The notes beneath the pieces are model-generated. The model searched no databases. It was given only the letters and a program-made list of their open reading frames with translations, and had not been told where the DNA came from. A DNA stretch of 63,534 nt, counting the filler, from Reticulomyxa filosa (Eukaryota; Protista; Foraminifera), in NCBI GenBank assembly GCA_000512085.1. It is 21 parts of 21 records of this genome, joined end to end, with 100 filler letters (N's around TTAATTAATTAA, not from the genome) between each part and the next. Parts side by side here need not be neighbours in the genome. Positions count along the whole stretch, not along the records: positions 1 to 7,205 come from ASPP01001017.1; positions 7,306 to 9,684 come from ASPP01021864.1; positions 9,785 to 12,987 come from ASPP01034191.1; 18 more parts are not named here. One strand, given 5' to 3'. Made by a program: the position numbers and the translations under genes. Positions within the stretch are counted from its first letter, which is position 1. Each line of letters begins with the position of its first letter. Below are positions 1-13,087 of this stretch, piece after piece.

Positions 1-450
1 TTATCATTATCATTATCATTGCCATTGTCATTGCCATCGGTATTATTCTTGTTTTCCTCTTCACTTTCTGCACGATTATGACTTGTCACTTTGGATGAAT
101 CTAATACTTGTTCGGTTAAAATTGCTGTTTCTTGCGGCTCTTCCTTCAGCTTCCTTAACTCGTCATCCTCAGCGTTTTCATATATTTGCTTCTTTTTTGA
201 TTGCTCGGACACGCCCTTTTGTTCAACCGTATTATTTTTTTCTTCTTCACTGCTCTTTATTGATACCAGCTGTTGGCTTTCTATTACACCCCCCCATAGC
301 CCAAAGTTTTTTTATTTCCTTCGTAAATGCGCACGCTGCACAGAAAAACGCATTGCAAAGACCGGCTTCGTTGCTTTGCAACATCGCAACTAGCTCAGGA
401 TTCTGAGCTTGTATGCCAAAATTTTCATATTCTTCGTTTTGTTCAGTCAT
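1..450 (-). CDS. 5' part of a hypothetical acidic/Asn-rich protein, truncated by the window edge, with one apparent frameshift
   Basis: ATG at 450 (MTEQNEEYENFG...). After the G-run near 290-296 the open frame switches and runs to position 1 (SEEEKNNTVEQKG...DGNDNGNDNDN). Confidence 0.45.
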
Positions 451-3400
451 ATTGATTCAAATATCAAACAAACATGAAACTTTAAAATTGATCATACAAT
501 GAAAGGGGAAAGCTAATTTTTGCTTTCAAAATTACGTAGAAACAAAATACATACTGCTTTTTCCTTCACAAATACTAAATCACTAAAGGATCCAACAAAT
601 ATCACCATTTGAAATAGTACTGATCAACTATATTTAAAACCATTACGAAAATAATCAATCAAAAACTTTCAAAAGATTTTTTTTCCCAAGTAAACATTAT
701 TTTGACTGTTATGATCATTTTAGAAAATAAAAGAGAACACGAACAAAAACTTTAATAAAGCTGCAAATGCAAAAAACTTAAAATTTAAACAATTCTTTAT
801 AAAACCGAAAATTCTATCGAAAAATTTAAATTTTTCAAACAATTAGTAAAGATTTAATAAAAAACCAAAATAATATTCAAAAACTACAAAATTCATAGAT
901 ATTTCAAAAAATTGTAAATGCTGTTTTTTTAAAGAGAAAGTCAATTATCTCTAAGGGGCCGTTTTATGTGTCAACTTTCTTTTGCATTCTACTGATTTTA
1001 CTATTAAAGATGCAATAGTAATTTTATTTAAAAAATTATCTTTATTACTGTTTATTACATAAATATCTTGCAGAAAAAGCCGAAAAATAAAAAATCCTTG
1101 TTACATATTCTCAAGCAAAGCTTCAAAAGCTAGTTGCTTGAGAGTTGGACATTATATCGACGAACATTTAATCATACATGTTAGGTTTTTTGGATTTTAC
1201 TAACAAATCAAACAGCCTACCAGTTGGAAAGAAGTCACGACATTACAGAAATTTCACATAATCATCTGAGACAATAACGGGGTCATAAAACAATCCTTTT
1301 AAAAAAAAACCGAAAATTAATATTCAACTTTTCATATTTTTTTTAATGAACTTTTGATTTTGAAAATATTTTAATACTTATTTTTTTTTAAGTTTAATTT
1401 TTTGTAGTTTTATATTTTTTCTTTCAGCATTATCTAAGTAATATATCACAATGTTCATTATATCGTCATTGAATATTTCTTCATAAATTTCAAAGTTAAT
1501 TTTATAATTTAAGTTTGAAATAACTTCACTTAGCTTGACTCACACTAAACCTACCAAATGTTCGAATGCTATATCAATTTATCATATTACTAACAACGGC
1601 ACATTTCTTAAAAAAATATAGTTGAAAATTTTAAAATGGCAAATAAAAAATAGCAAAAATGAAAAAAACTAATTTCATATTTAAAATTACAATATCTGCA
1701 TATATTTTTGAAAAAATGTTTATTTTTCGTGTAGAGATATATTGCCTTTATAATGTAATGTTTTTCTTTTTTTCATACTCGTCAAAAATATTGCGATTGT
1801 GTGCTTTTACTCTTTTCACAGGCGTATTTTATTTTTCATATTTTACTCTCTTCAACATAAATTGCTCACTTCATTTTCACTTGAACGCAAAATAAAATGA
1901 ACTTAATTCAACTTTAATAGAAAGTCTTAGATATGCCAAAAAATTGCCAATGAAAATGAGATAGTTAATTAAATGAATAGAGGTCAAAAATTTTCAATTT
2001 ATTGTCAATTAATATTTTTATAATTTTCAATATTATTTTTGTAGTTTGATCTTAAGCATCTAATAAATTAGTGTAATCGGTTTCGAACTCTTCAATTCTT
2101 CAAGTGATAATATTTTCGTTATGTTAGGAATGATTAGATACTTTTTTTGTTGCAATCACAGTATATTTATTGCTTCAATAACAAATAATACAATCGTGGA
2201 TATTCTGAAAAGGAATTGAGTTGCGAGCGCCATTTTTCTTTTTTTAAAGGCAAACATTACACAAACAATTGATATAAAGCAGATTAAAGATATGTATATC
2301 TTATCATATGGACGCATTTCACTCCGTTTGTACGTGAAAAATTTTTGAGTGTATGACCAATATATCAAAAAGTATGTCAATAATTGAAGTAAATCAAAGA
2401 AAAAAATATCTATATTTTTTAACATTGAAATACTTATTATTCGGATACCTCTTGCGTTTGATTCGACTTCTGTGATCTCCAAGCAATTAAATATTTGGCG
2501 TGATTGTTTTGTTTGTAAAAAATATATCAAAAATCTTCATGTTTGACATGATGTTGCTTATGGACGTAGTACTAAAAAATGAAAACGTTTTCAAAAACAA
2601 AAATCAAACTGCTTTATTTGTAATACGATGAACTCAATCCCGCTAATTTCTGTCAACAGCAATCGCTACATTTTACTGTTTTAATTTATTAAAACGCTCT
2701 TGTCAGGTTTTCTCCGTTATAATTTTAAGCTTTAAAACAATGTGATATTTAAATATTTGATATAAAAGCTGTACATATGTCAGTGAATGTTATTTATATA
2801 ATAATGACAGTCTACCGTGCTTATAAATTCATGTGTGGAGTGTATTCAATAGTTTTCTAGAAAATATTTGAAATAAATTCAATGTATTCACAACTGGTCT
2901 GGGAAAAGGGAATATCATAGTCTTTTCTTGTTGCTGTTTGTCCTTTGTTTACTTAGTAGTAAGTAACAAGGAGAAATGTACTTACTTAGAAAAGAACCTT
3001 TGGTAGTGACCATAAAAAAAATTTAAAAACTTGTTATTTATATTTGGAAAAAATGTTTGAAATAAGCAACGGTCTTATTCTTCCATCGTTTGATAGTGGG
3101 GACGGTAATGTCATGGACCCAAAAATAGAGGAAGTTTTAAAGGTAGAGTATACAAACAGTTAAGTTTCGTTGCTTTTGGTGCATTCTTTTTCACTTTTTG
3201 AATGGAGAAAACGCGGACGTACAACATTTAATTTTGCTTTTTTTTTTTGTCGTTTTTTGGCACTTTCCGCAAAAAAAAAGCAAAACAAATTAAAAGAAAG
3301 GAATTCCTGTATTTGCTTTATTGCCGTTTTTTTTTTGACGTAAGAGAAATAGAAGAACACAACTTTGTTGCACTTTATGAAGTGTACGTACTTGCCCAAC

Positions 3401-3543
3401 TCTTTTTTCTTTTTTCGTTCGGCCTTCTTTTCGTTTGGCCTTTTTGAAAAAGATCAGCATACAGACAATACAAGTTGTAAAAAAAGGTTTTTTGATTTAA
3501 ATAGAAAGAGGCGGTATCGCGTCAATGCAATGTCCTTTCTGTC

Positions 3544-6500
3544 ATGAAAAGATACACCGTGTTGCTAAGTTTTGTGAAATTTTTGAATTTGTTTACAAAA
3601 TTGAAACTTTTAATTTTTGGCAAAAGCCAGGAACAAAAAAACGAAAACAACAACAAAAAACACCAAATCTTGAACAATAAAAATACCGCGCGATATCGAA
3701 GCCTGCGGGACCACTTGTTACAAAAGCACAAAAACGTAGAATTGAAGCAATTTTTCCAGTATGCATGTCCACAATGTGAGAAATTGTTTCTTCACAGAGC
3801 TGGGCTTTTGAGACATTTAAAAGCAGCCAAGTTTAGCAGCTATTTGTTTGGTTCTTTTTTTTTGTTGTTATTGTTGCTCATTGTTTTTATTGAACAAAAC
3901 AAAACAAAACAAAAAAGTTAAATAACAAGCAAACTGAATAAAAATAGATGTTCACAAAAACCTATGCATAGTCAATACATCACTATTTTTTGATTTTTTA
4001 TTGTGTCATGTTTTGGGTAGTTTGTTTGTGGGCGTGGTTAATTTTGTGTGTATTGTCGTTTAATGTAGCGTACTGTACTTGTTAATTGTCCTCTTAAGCA
4101 ACTCAGAACACAGCCAACAAAAAAACAACATACGCATACTTAAATGTATGTGTGTGCATTGCAGTCATGGCAGTACCTTTGATGCGAACGCAACAGTTGA
4201 CCCGCTTAATGACAGCGAAAAATCAACCCCCTCAATAACGGTCTCAGCGGGTGAAAACAACGAATCTTTGAGAGTTCGATTTAAAAAGCAAGACATAGCT
4301 TATAATGTGACAAATCCTAAAAAAAAGACCGTTTGGCCATATCAATCAAGATGTGCTACCACTTTCGCGAAAGCGGGCGAAAATCCTTGCTGACGACAAT
4401 GGTGTCTCGATGCTGTCTTTTTGCAGCCCCTTTGATGGATTCGACAGTCATAGCGAAAGTCAGCTGGCACTGGATTGCAACAATATGATATCGGCGACAT
4501 TACCGAAGAAAGCAATCAAACCGGACCAAAATGAAGCGGAACAAAGCAATGACGAAGAGACACGAAAAAGATTTGCCAAGTACGGAGAGGGTTGCTGCAA
4601 ATGTGGAAAGCCGTGGAGCGAATTTCGAGATGAAGTGGCAATTATAAGCCACATTAAAGCAAAACATACGTATTATTGTAATTTTGAACAATGCTCGCGT
4701 CGCTTCACTCGATTCCAGCTGTTAGTTGAACACCGACAAATAACTGGACATTATGGATCGAGGTGCAAAAATCCTATTTTCACTGCTGGTTTGTTTCCAT
4801 TGATTCCAATTTTTTTGTTTATTTGATCGTCGTGATAACACTACATAAAAAAAATTTAGGATTGATTTTTCAAACAAACAAAAAAAAAAAAAAAAAACAC
4901 ACAACAAAACATACAAAAATCAAATAATTGACGGGAAAAGATGGCGATAATAAACATAACGCAGTTCCATCGACGTGCAAAAAATGCAATGAAAAAAAAA
5001 TTCGAGAAAATCGGGGGAATGGAAAGATCATTTAAAAATGCCACACCCGCTGTCTTGTCCCCATTTGTGTGGTGCAATGTTTGAATCAAATATATCACGT
5101 GCAAAACATGTACGTTTTGTGCACGAAAACGTGGAAAGAAATAGCACACCCGCGACGCAAGAGAGCTTGCATTTGGGCAAAGGACCTGTCGTTGCAATGC
5201 ACGAGAGAGGGGATAATGTGATGACAACAGGAAAGTTGAAAAGTTTTGAGGATATAATGTATCGAGGACAGCTGTTATGTCCCATTTGCTTGAAGCGCTT
5301 AAAAATTGAAGACCCAAAATTGCAAGAAAAGTATGACAATTTTCTGCGCTCCAAACAGCGCGAATGTGATACGAGTCATTCGTGGCTGGATTATCACCTG
5401 ACCGATGAGCCCATTGTATTTGAAATCCAGCAGTCGGTATTGAAATTCACGTAGCTGCATGTCATCCTGAGTTTGTTCCTACGCAATGGAAACACTATCC
5501 CACCAAATTGCTTAGTGCTGGGCCTGTTTGCAATTTTGCATCTGAGTTGAGACAGTTGCAGCAACAACAACAACAACAACAGCAACAGCAACAGCAGCAG
5601 CCAGGTCGACAGTGGTGGAATGGCAAAGAAATGACTCATGCGGACAATCGTGACGAAGAAAATGAAAGTGAAATCGACGAGGAGGCGATGAATAGATATC
5701 GTTCTCTTGCCGCAAATAACTCTAGTGCGGGATCGAATACTTTCCCATTAGATCCAATGAAACTTCGAGAAGTCAATCGGCTCAATGCAGAAAACCATTC
5801 CCATTCACAGTTTTTTCAGTTTTCGAAAAACACTTTGCCCAATTACACACGAACGCATAAACAATATTTGTTTGTTTTGACTTGTTCATTTCATTTCTGC
5901 CCTTGTTGATTATTACCTACACATGACGATCGTCCGGTTCATTCTTTGCTTTTGGAATATGTTATGTTGTGTTGCGTTACATTACGACTAGTTCAAATAA
6001 TGCACAAAGTACTCACAACACCAATCGATCAAAACCCGAGTTCTTGTACAACAAACCAGACCGATCGCATTTAGTTGATTTTGTCACCAAAAATGTGGAG
6101 AAATTTTACAACCAGGTAACATAAAAAAACAAAAATCAAAAATAAAAACAAATACGCACACAACAAATTCATAAGTAATACGTACACATACTATGTTACA
6201 AATGTGCACCCCCCCCCCTTTTTTTTTAATTATAACTTTTCAAAACAAAAGGAGAAAAATGAAGATATAACGAATGATTTGCCAAAAGATCCCGAAAGTT
6301 TGTTGGAATTAATAAAGGTATCATTCATGGTTTTGACATGAACAAAAAATATTGTGAAAGCGTTGATCGAATTGTGGCCGAAAAAATGATTGATATTATG
6401 GTATGGTATGTTAGTTGTGTTTTTTTTGGGTAAGGTGGAGCAAAAAAAAAAAAAAAAAAACAACAACACATACACTCTCGCATTTTTAATTGGAATATAT

Positions 6501-7125
6501 ATTGTAGGCATTGGATGAAGAAAATAAACTGTTGAAGCAAGTGATGGAAGAGCATTTTTCAGAAATGAAGCCACAACTAGAAGAAAAATTGCGCAAATCA
6601 CAATCGTATCAATTGTATAGACAACGGTATCAAAGTGATTATTTGCAGAAATTTAAAAAAAGTATGTCTGAAGAAGAGTATCAATTACTGAGTAGCATTG
6701 CCACACACTTTCAAGATTTGTACAAAAAAGAACTACATTCGGCGTGCAAGCCAAGTCCGTTGAAAAACTGTGACAAACCATCCCATCCAAATGGTACTTG
6801 GAAACTAGCCAATAAAAGCAATACCATATGGAGCAATAATAATAATATTAATAATAACGGTGGTAGTAATACCACTACTACTGCCACTCCGCGTACCATT
6901 ACGATCCACAACATTAGCAACGGGTTATCCGGAATCGTACCTTCTTTTCGAAATCTTCAAACAGCCACACATTACGACAACAAAAAAGCCTCGCAACCCA
7001 CCCACGCGAATTTCCACATGATACCACCTTCCGCATCCACACATGACGGTATGCCCACCACGACAGGCCATAAAGTGATGCCTTTGGCATCCTCGACCGT
7101 TGTTCCACACGCCATAGCGCCAGTT
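3544..7125 (+). CDS. Multi-exon C2H2 zinc-finger protein with poly-Q tract
   Basis: C2H2-type fingers YACPQCEKLFLHRAGLLRHL, CCKCG...ISHIKAKH, YYCNFEQCSRRFTRFQLLVEHRQITGH and LSCPHLCGAMFESNISRAKHVRFVH. Poly-Q near 5555-5600. Several homopolymer frameshifts; exon boundaries are approximate. Confidence 0.7.
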
Positions 7126-7167
7126 TTGACTTTAATTTTTTTTTTTTTTTTTTTTTTTTTTCCTTTT

Positions 7168-7205
<38 letters not shown>

Positions 7206-7305
7206 NNNNNNNNNNNNNNNNNNNNNNNNNNNNNNNNNNNNNNNNNNNNTTAATTAATTAANNNNNNNNNNNNNNNNNNNNNNNNNNNNNNNNNNNNNNN
7301 NNNNN
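7206..7305. other. Artificial contig spacer N44-TTAATTAATTAA-N44 (first of 20 in the window)
   Basis: The same N-padded 12-mer with stops in all frames recurs at about 9685, 12988, 16506, 19146, 20414, 22283, 23681, 26113, 27775, 31861, 34874, 41555, 48690, 50163, 51263, 53798, 55574, 57089 and 62090. Confidence 0.97.
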
Positions 7306-7802
7306 TGAATACATCAAAAGTGTTGTGTTTGTCCAATTGGATATGCATACTGTACATATTATACATATATACATATATGTACATGTATATGTATGTATAT
7401 ATATATATGTACATATACAAACTTGATCAAAATACTCGACTCGACGTTTTTTAAACCAACAAAGCGTCATTGATTCCATACACATTGGACCGATCCTTTG
7501 CCCAACGAGTGAGCAAGTTCAACAGATCGGATTTGAAATCCAGACCGACAATGCATTGCGTCATGAGCATGTCCAATTGGTCGTCGACGTTCAATTGCTT
7601 CAATATCGGCACCACTTTCACCATGATGCTTCTGGTGTCGTCGCTTTGCTTGGACAGTTCCATGAACACTGGAGGCGAGCATGACAATGAGGGATTGGAA
7701 AAGGGAGAGAGAAGCGGAGATGTCACTCGTAAGTTCAACAAAGTATTTTTTTTGCTGTGACCCTTATTGCTATTATCATTGTTATCATTATCATTATTAT
7801 TA

Positions 7803-7861
<59 letters not shown>

Positions 7862-9621
7862 GTCATTATGATGGTCAATATGAATCATATCATTACCATC
7901 TTCATGTTCATCTTCACGTTCATTTTCATGATCGCTGTTGTCGCGACTATGATCATCATTTTCAACATTGTTGTCGTGTTGCAATATGTACTCATGGACG
8001 CGTATTTTGACATAGTGGTACTGGTTGACATCGCAATCCGGGGATTGACATCCCGAAAGGGCCTCGTCCAGACGAGACAAAGGTCTACTGGGTCTCGATG
8101 CGTAATGATGTGATTTGTTGGCGTGATGTGTTTTTCTGTGCGAATGTTCCTTACCTTGTGTATGTTGTTGTTCTTGTTCTTGCTTTTCTTTATCTTTATC
8201 CTTATCTTTGTCTTTTGTCTTTTCTTCTTTTTCATTGCCATTGGCAGGATGCTCTTTTTGACTCGTCTCTGCAGAGTCAATGGCACCTATAGCACGAAGC
8301 GTCATCGCGTGATTAATGGAGCCCGTGCAAAAGAGACTTTGAAAGGGGTCGTTCACAACGGCGGTTTGAATGAAGTTGTAGTACTCCTTTTCCATGACAT
8401 GCAAAGCGTGATGGGAATACTGCTTGTAATCGCTCCACAGGATCTTTTTGAGAAACTGCAGATCGCTCAGCGACAAGTAGATCAGGTCATCGCGCGGGGA
8501 AATTTCTCGAATTTTTCGGTCCATGACAAAGTGATGTTCCAAAGGTGGGACATCGCACAGTTGCTTAAAAAAGAGTTGCACTTGCACAATCTGATCTTTG
8601 ATCACGTCATTTAAGCCGGCCATGAAAGCCTCTTTGCCACCTCCCAAAATTTGGTTGCTGATGTTCTGAATGATCTTGGTGATCAGTGTGAATCTACGTC
8701 GAATGGTTTTGGCATTACTTTTATCTCTCAGCGCAGAGATATGTTTGTGAGCAAACAATTGAATTCTCGGATTAAAAATGCGAAGGAATATAAATCCTCC
8801 AATCAACGAGTCCACCGTTCTTTCTTTCCCTTGCTCATAGCTTTTGGAATACGCCAACTCCCGCAGCTGTCTGCAAATGATTCGCAATCCAATCGGATAG
8901 TTGTGCGGCTGCATGATTTGCTTCATCACAAATAGAGTCAACTTTGTCAATTGCTCGCGTCTCTGCGCACATAGTATCTCCACTTTCGACCTTGTCACAC
9001 CCTTGATCTCCGGGTCCGACATCATCTGCTCCCATACTGCCTCGTCGTCAATCTCCAAGTCCTCCTCCGGCGATCTCAGGCAATATTCCCCACTTTCCGT
9101 CACTATCTTTTCGATAAACTCGTTGATGTGCTGGCGTCGCAAATACGCTTGCAACAACTTCGTCGCACTCGTGTTTTCTCGCAAATATGTTGTTATGTCT
9201 TCGCATTCTTCAAACTCATATTTCATTACATCCTTTTATATTTATATAAATGTATATATATATATATATACATATATGTACATATATATATGTATATACG
9301 TATACATATACATATACATATGTATGCATGTACCAAAAATAGAGTTGCATTCTTTACATACTCACTAACAAAAAAAAAAAAAAAATGCCCTTCTTTTTTT
9401 AATCGGAGAAAGAGAGGAAAGAAAAAAAAAAAAACTTCAATGATTCGAATCATAATATGCTCTTGCATTCTGTCGTAATGATTTGGTAATATTCCATTGG
9501 TCAATAAGTCAATTAGCCTTTCAGTGTGTGCGTAATAAGGATCAAAGTACAAACGAGACAACAGAGATGGATTCGAGTACGTTATCCCAAATATCTTTCC
9601 ATACGTCTTTATAAAATTCAT
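7306..9621 (-). CDS. RasGAP-domain protein (IQGAP/Gap1-like GRD), partial
   Basis: Arginine-finger-like [12 protein letters not shown], then [12 protein letters not shown], the [11 protein letters not shown] signature, [15 protein letters not shown] and KEAFMAGLN. Upstream exon at about 9437-9621, separated by a TA-rich intron. Confidence 0.85.
7770..7862. repeat. (ATT)n microsatellite encoding poly-Asn in the RasGAP gene
   Basis: Directly visible trinucleotide array. Confidence 0.9.
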
Positions 9622-12600
9622 TTATTTATTAATTTATTATTGTCGGTCAAATACACACATATACAATACAATATATATATATATNNNNNNNNNNNNNNNN
9701 NNNNNNNNNNNNNNNNNNNNNNNNNNNNTTAATTAATTAANNNNNNNNNNNNNNNNNNNNNNNNNNNNNNNNNNNNNNNNNNNNTATACATATATGTATG
9801 TACAAAATATGTAAGTATATTTGAAAAAATACCTTTTCTATTGTTATTAATTCAACTCGATTACCAACGACATAATCACGAGCTGAGTAGTATGTGTAAT
9901 CATAGTGAGTTTTTGTACAATTTTGCACTTGCCAGATCATCGACTGCTGGTTCACGATTTTGTTTTTTTTTTTGGATAGTCAAAGTATTGAAGTAGTAGA
10001 CTCTAAATGTTTTGAAATGAGTTTCTAGCTTTTTTTATTTAGTCACAAAACAGCGACAAAAAACTCATAAAAACATGATCGAGTATCTAATTAATTTATT
10101 TATGAATAATTTCACGTATTATCTACTTTCGAAACAAACAAAAAATTAATATCCTCACTTTGATTGTGAAGATAGATTTACAACGTCAACCTGAATATTT
10201 CCAATCAGGAGAGATCACAGTAGACAAATGTATTTGTTAGATCACGATGGCAGAACCTTTTTTTGAATGGTGTCATTTTGGGTGTATTGGGTTTACACTG
10301 ACTCTTTTTTTTCTTTTTCGGCAACTGTTGCATTTTTGCAGATGAGTACAGGAGAAGAAATCTTTGAGAAGTGAGCTCCATGTTGTATACTTTGGCTTGT
10401 TAGATTGTTTGAAGAGAGAAGAGCCAAACCACATTCACGATGTTCAAGAACTTTTTCTAAAAAGGGAAATTTTTTTCTTTTCCAGGAAAAGTCAGTACTC
10501 AAAAAGTAAGGATTGATCCAAAAAAAAATAATTAATTTTCAATATCCATGGCTAATCTGTTTTTGGAATCACAAGTAAAAAATTAAATAATACACAAAAA
10601 TTTTAACAATTATTTTTTTCAAGTTGTTTTGTTAAAAATGTCAAAACATTACAAAAATTGCAAATTTGCATCTTTTTTATAAACATTTATGAGTTTTGCA
10701 TTTATGTCTTACTTAAGAAAAAAAGGTCTTTTTTTGTTGTTGTCTCTGTCTTACCATTCGTAATTAGGGTGATATCAGCCCTCTTCGCAAAACACTAGTA
10801 CGTTTCTTTTCTATTTTTTAAAAATAATTTTGCAACTTAAGAGATTGTGTGTTTTTTTTAAACAGATCTCGCACTTTGATAAAAAAAAATGATTTTTTTA
10901 GGTAGATGCAATGCATCTTTCAGCAAAAGAATATATATTTATATTGGGGTAAGGCCCCCCCGTCTCCGCAAGGAGTACTAAAGGTTTGTTATATTTATTT
11001 ATTATTATTTTTTTTGACATAATTGATTGTATTTGGTTTTTTCATTAACAGCCGAAACCCGTCTGTCAAAAAAAAAATGTGTGTACGTCGCAATCCAAAC
11101 TGCCAACAAAGAACAATTTCGGGGTTGAAGCTACCCTGTGTCGCAAAAAAAATGAAATGGTTTGTATCTTTTATTTTTTTTATTTTTTTTTTTAGCAAAT
11201 GTTTATGTTTGTCAATAGGCACGCCCCCACCAACAAAATTTTTTTTTTGCACCACCATCGTCACAAAAGAAAAAAAATATATAGTTAGATTGGAAATAGA
11301 GCTTTTAGCTCAATATCAAATATTTTTTTTTAAGTTATTCCAATGTCCAAAAAAAATGTGAAAGTTTATTTTTGTTTGAGAATATATTGATAGGGAAAAT
11401 GAGTGGGGAAAAAAATAAAATGCAAAAAATGAGGGAAAAAATTGTAAAGAAATTGGAAAAAATTAAATGGAAAAAAAGGGAAAACAAATGTAAAAAAATG
11501 GGGAAAATAATTGGAAAAATGGTTGAAAATAAATTAGAAAGAGGGGGAGCAAAAAATGAAAAAGGGGGCAAAAAATTGAAAAAGGGAAAAGAAATTAGAA
11601 AAAAATATTTAAGAAAAATTGAAAAAAGAAAAAAATGAAAAATGCAAAAGAAAAAAGAAATTAAAAAGATGTTGAAAATGAAAAAGAAAAAAAATAAAAA
11701 AGAACAATGTGAAAAAAAAAAAATAGAACAATGTGAAAAAGAGAAAAAAGATTTTTAATAAAAAAAACTTGAACGCTGAGCATCGATTTGGGAGATGATC
11801 GATCATATCGAATTGATTATACGTGCGCGTATTCGCAACTGTAATTTTTATTGAAGTGTGCCTATAGGAGAAAGCAAGATCGACATTTGGCAAGTGGAAA
11901 AAGGCAATCAAGAAAGAGTCTTCCAATAATGAAAACACATTGATCGCATCAAATATGTGGATGGCGTATGGGGATATGCGAACCTAGCAAAGATCATTAT
12001 TTAAGCACATGTGTCCTCATCACAAGGGCGGCGATATTGGATGAAGTTCGTAGTCGAAAGCAGCGATTATATGATGGCACTGAAACAGTCGTGCAAGATC
12101 TCATAGATCAATATCAGAAAACCTGGACATTGGGCTGCCCGATACAAAAGCGAGTTCGTCAAGAAGAAAATAAGGTTTGATATTGGCTTCACTTTGCCCA
12201 ATATCACCATTGCGGTGTCTCAACGGTGGCAGCTGGACTTCGAAGAAGTGGAAGTCGAGAAAGCAATTCATGTGGAAATCAAGCAAATGACTACATCGGA
12301 GAATAGTTCCACGTGAAAGTGGTCAATTTGGTGGAGGGGTTGTACGAAACTAGTGCCAAGACACGAGGAGCAAGAAGATGAGGATGATGAAGATAATTTC
12401 GAGCCTATCACTTTGAATTTGTTTTTAAAAAAATAACTAGTCAGTTGGTTTTGTTGAGTCTTGCTATAGAATTGTTTTTTATACCTGAAAACACCATTCG
12501 CGAGCGTGGATCAACTTCCCATATCACCCCAATGGAAAACTCTACACGATTGCGGCGATTTCAAGCAGTGACAGTTTGAAGCGTTGCAAAGAGCGTTTGC

Positions 12601-13087
12601 CATCAACACATGCGTACAAAAGTTTCTACAGATAATGGTTAGCGCGGCACAGTATCAAAGAAGATATCAAACTGCGATCTATAGGTACCAATGAACAGGG
12701 AACACTTGGTCGTTATGAAAATAGCTCTAATTTTGTTAATGCATAGATTGACTAATCATGCAAAACTTGTCGTGTGTGCACATTCGCTACTTTGTGTTTT
12801 TGGTTGTGCGTCTATTGATCGGAAATACATCGAGCTCGCGAAATATTGGACACTGTCAATCGGTGAAGAAAGAAATAGAGCCAGCTGAATTTTCCGAGTC
12901 CGTCGCTGCAAGAGTTATGTGCCTTGCGTCTATCGAACAAACGCCTGTTATCTTTACCGAACTGCATCCGGGACCAACTATGAGCTANNNNNNNNNNNNN
13001 NNNNNNNNNNNNNNNNNNNNNNNNNNNNNNNTTAATTAATTAANNNNNNNNNNNNNNNNNNNNNNNNNNNNNNNNNNNNNNNNNNNN

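Noticed and set aside
7250-7261. Recurrent TTAATTAATTAA palindrome as a biological repeat or CRISPR-like array
   Set aside because: It is always centred in identical N padding and has stops in all frames, so it is an assembly spacer.
7681-8292. Poly-Tyr, poly-Ile and poly-Val ORFs (also 14914-15282, 17593-17949 and others)
   Set aside because: They are alternative-frame or antisense readings of trinucleotide repeats within real genes.
11335-11938. Lys-rich and Phe-rich ORFs
   Set aside because: They are by-products of a low-complexity purine tract.
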